The translations under genes and the position numbers were made by a program. The notes under the pieces are model-generated. The model saw only the letters and a list, made by a program, of their open reading frames with translations, ran no database searches and was not told the DNA's origin. Below are positions 60,818 through 61,966 of a DNA stretch of 61,966 nucleotides, in pieces. The stretch comes from Myxococcota bacterium (GTDB taxonomy: Bacteria > Myxococcota_A > UBA796 > UBA2385): assembly GCA_044344255.1 (NCBI GenBank), contig JBIJDH010000031.1, forward strand, positions 1 to 61,966, given 5' to 3'. Numbering within the stretch: position 1 is the first letter of the stretch; the number at the start of each line of letters is the position of its first letter.

Positions 60818-61404
60818 CCTGCGCAGCAAACCTCGGCGTCACCGACCTCGGGACGTCGGGCCTCGGTGTCCGGTGCGGGGGAGGCCGACGCAGTCCGGCA
60901 GCGTGAAGAGCATCCACGCCCTCGATCGCCTCGGCGACGACGAGGCCGAGGCCCTCTGGACGACGGTCGCCGGCCTCAAGCGAAAGTGTGAGGGTCTCCA
61001 GGAGAAGCTGGCGGTCGGGTGCCCGGTGCTCCTCCATCGGGCGAGAGGTGGGTTCACCGGTGGGAGGGCGTTCGGCGTCCCCGCGCGGGGACAGCGCGGC
61101 CTCGGGCTTGGCACCTGGCTTCCTTGGTGTGCCCCACGCAGAGCTCGGCCGGTGGTTTGCCGGCCTTGAAAGCGACCGGCTCCCGTACCCCACCCGGATT
61201 GGTGAGCTCCGCCGGGGGGCGCAAGCCCCGATCGCGGACGATGCTCAGTCGTCTTCCGGTCGTGGGCGAGAAGATGGTACGGCCGCGGAGGTTGCGCGTG
61301 GGCGTGGGGAGTACCTCGGCGAGGATGCGGAGCCGGCGAGGCTTCGGGTGTCGCTGGGTGGTTTCGGCCGCGGGTGTGAGACCGAGAATCCGCAAGAGAC
61401 CTCA

Positions 61405-61514
61405 GTAAACAGCCTCCTCCATCTTATGGGGAGGCTGTACCGCATCGATGATTGGAAGTGAGAATAACAACCAAACAACCATGGTAAACAGCCTCCCCCA
61501 TCTTATGGGGGAGG
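61405..61514. repeat. Two direct copies of a palindromic ~31-36 bp unit separated by a 43-bp A-rich segment
   Basis: GTAAACAGCCTCCTCCATCTTATGGGGAGG(CTGTAC) at 61405 and GTAAACAGCCTCCCCCATCTTATGGGGGAGG at 61484. Confidence 0.9.
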
Positions 61515-61966
61515 TGGCGCGGCATCCGCGCTGCACCCGCGCCTTAGGGGGACGCGGAGAAACAGTGAAGCCGGCAAGCTGGACACGAATCGTATCCACG
61601 CGGTCATCGCATCTCCCGCCGCGGCCGTCACCGGGTGACGGAGCGTTTACCCGGGGGGAGCCCCTTCTCGGGCGAGGCGCCAGCCGAGCGGGGTGAGGAG
61701 ATGGAGGCGGTTGACGGGCCAGGAGGAGACCTTGGGGAGGACATCGACGAGGTAGGCCCAGGGGTCGACGCCTTGGAGCATGCAGCTCCCGATGAGGGTG
61801 AAGCAGGTGGCGGCGGCCACTGCTCCGCCTTCCGAGCCTGCGAAGAGCCAATTTTTGCGCCCGACAACTGCTTGACGAAGCTGAAGCTCACTCATGTTGT
61901 TGTGCATGGGCAGCTCCCCGTGATCGAGGAAGACCCGAAAGGAGGCCCGGCCGTTGAGCGCGTAGG
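61484..61966 (-). mobile_element. IS66-family element, 3' portion (boundary tentative)
   Basis: TnpC C-terminus. The nearest correctly oriented GTAA-starting terminus is at 61484. Confidence 0.7.
61647..61966 (-). CDS. IS66 family transposase TnpC, C-terminal part
   Basis: YALN..FLDHGELPMHNNMSELQLRQAVVGRKNWLFAGS..GVDPWAYLVDVL..LTP. Confidence 0.95.
   Translation of the reverse strand, partial: YALNGRASFRVFLDHGELPMHNNMSELQLRQAVVGRKNWLFAGSEGGAVAAATCFTLIGSCMLQGVDPWAYLVDVLPKVSSWPVNRLHLLTPLGWRLAREGAPPG

Noticed and set aside
60903..61050. Possible HIT-family fragment (HALDRLGDDEAEALWTTV)
   Set aside because: No HxHxH motif and too short to support a call.

Overview
High-GC bacterial chromosomal window, most likely Myxococcota-like. 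This is inferred from the membrane Ser/Thr kinases, a MYXO-CTERM-like tail, MopE-type/FG-GAP lipoproteins and many lipoproteins with Asp/Gly-rich linkers. Recognisable core genes are ndk, a complete translationally coupled ccmABCDEFGHI operon, argGH with two upstream ARG-box-like sites, prs, an M16 peptidase pair and an M20 peptidase. It also carries an NDP-6-deoxysugar trio and a Wza/Wzc polysaccharide locus with a MurJ-type flippase and a B12-radical SAM enzyme. The 3' end of an IS66 transposase lies at the right edge. Most notable: (i) a lipoprotein-helper-pseudokinase operon whose receptor shares its C-terminal domain with a nearby intact kinase; (ii) a split vitamin-K-carboxylase-like/SdpAB-like gene pair coupled to a GH92 gene; (iii) a calpain plus a small coupled partner; (iv) two Thr-type (TxPxH) sulfatase-fold proteins beside glycan genes; (v) a probable ATA start codon on the flippase; (vi) a palindromic repeat-spacer-repeat next to the IS66. 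No rRNA, tRNA or cas genes were seen. All family calls come from motif recognition by eye, not from database searches.
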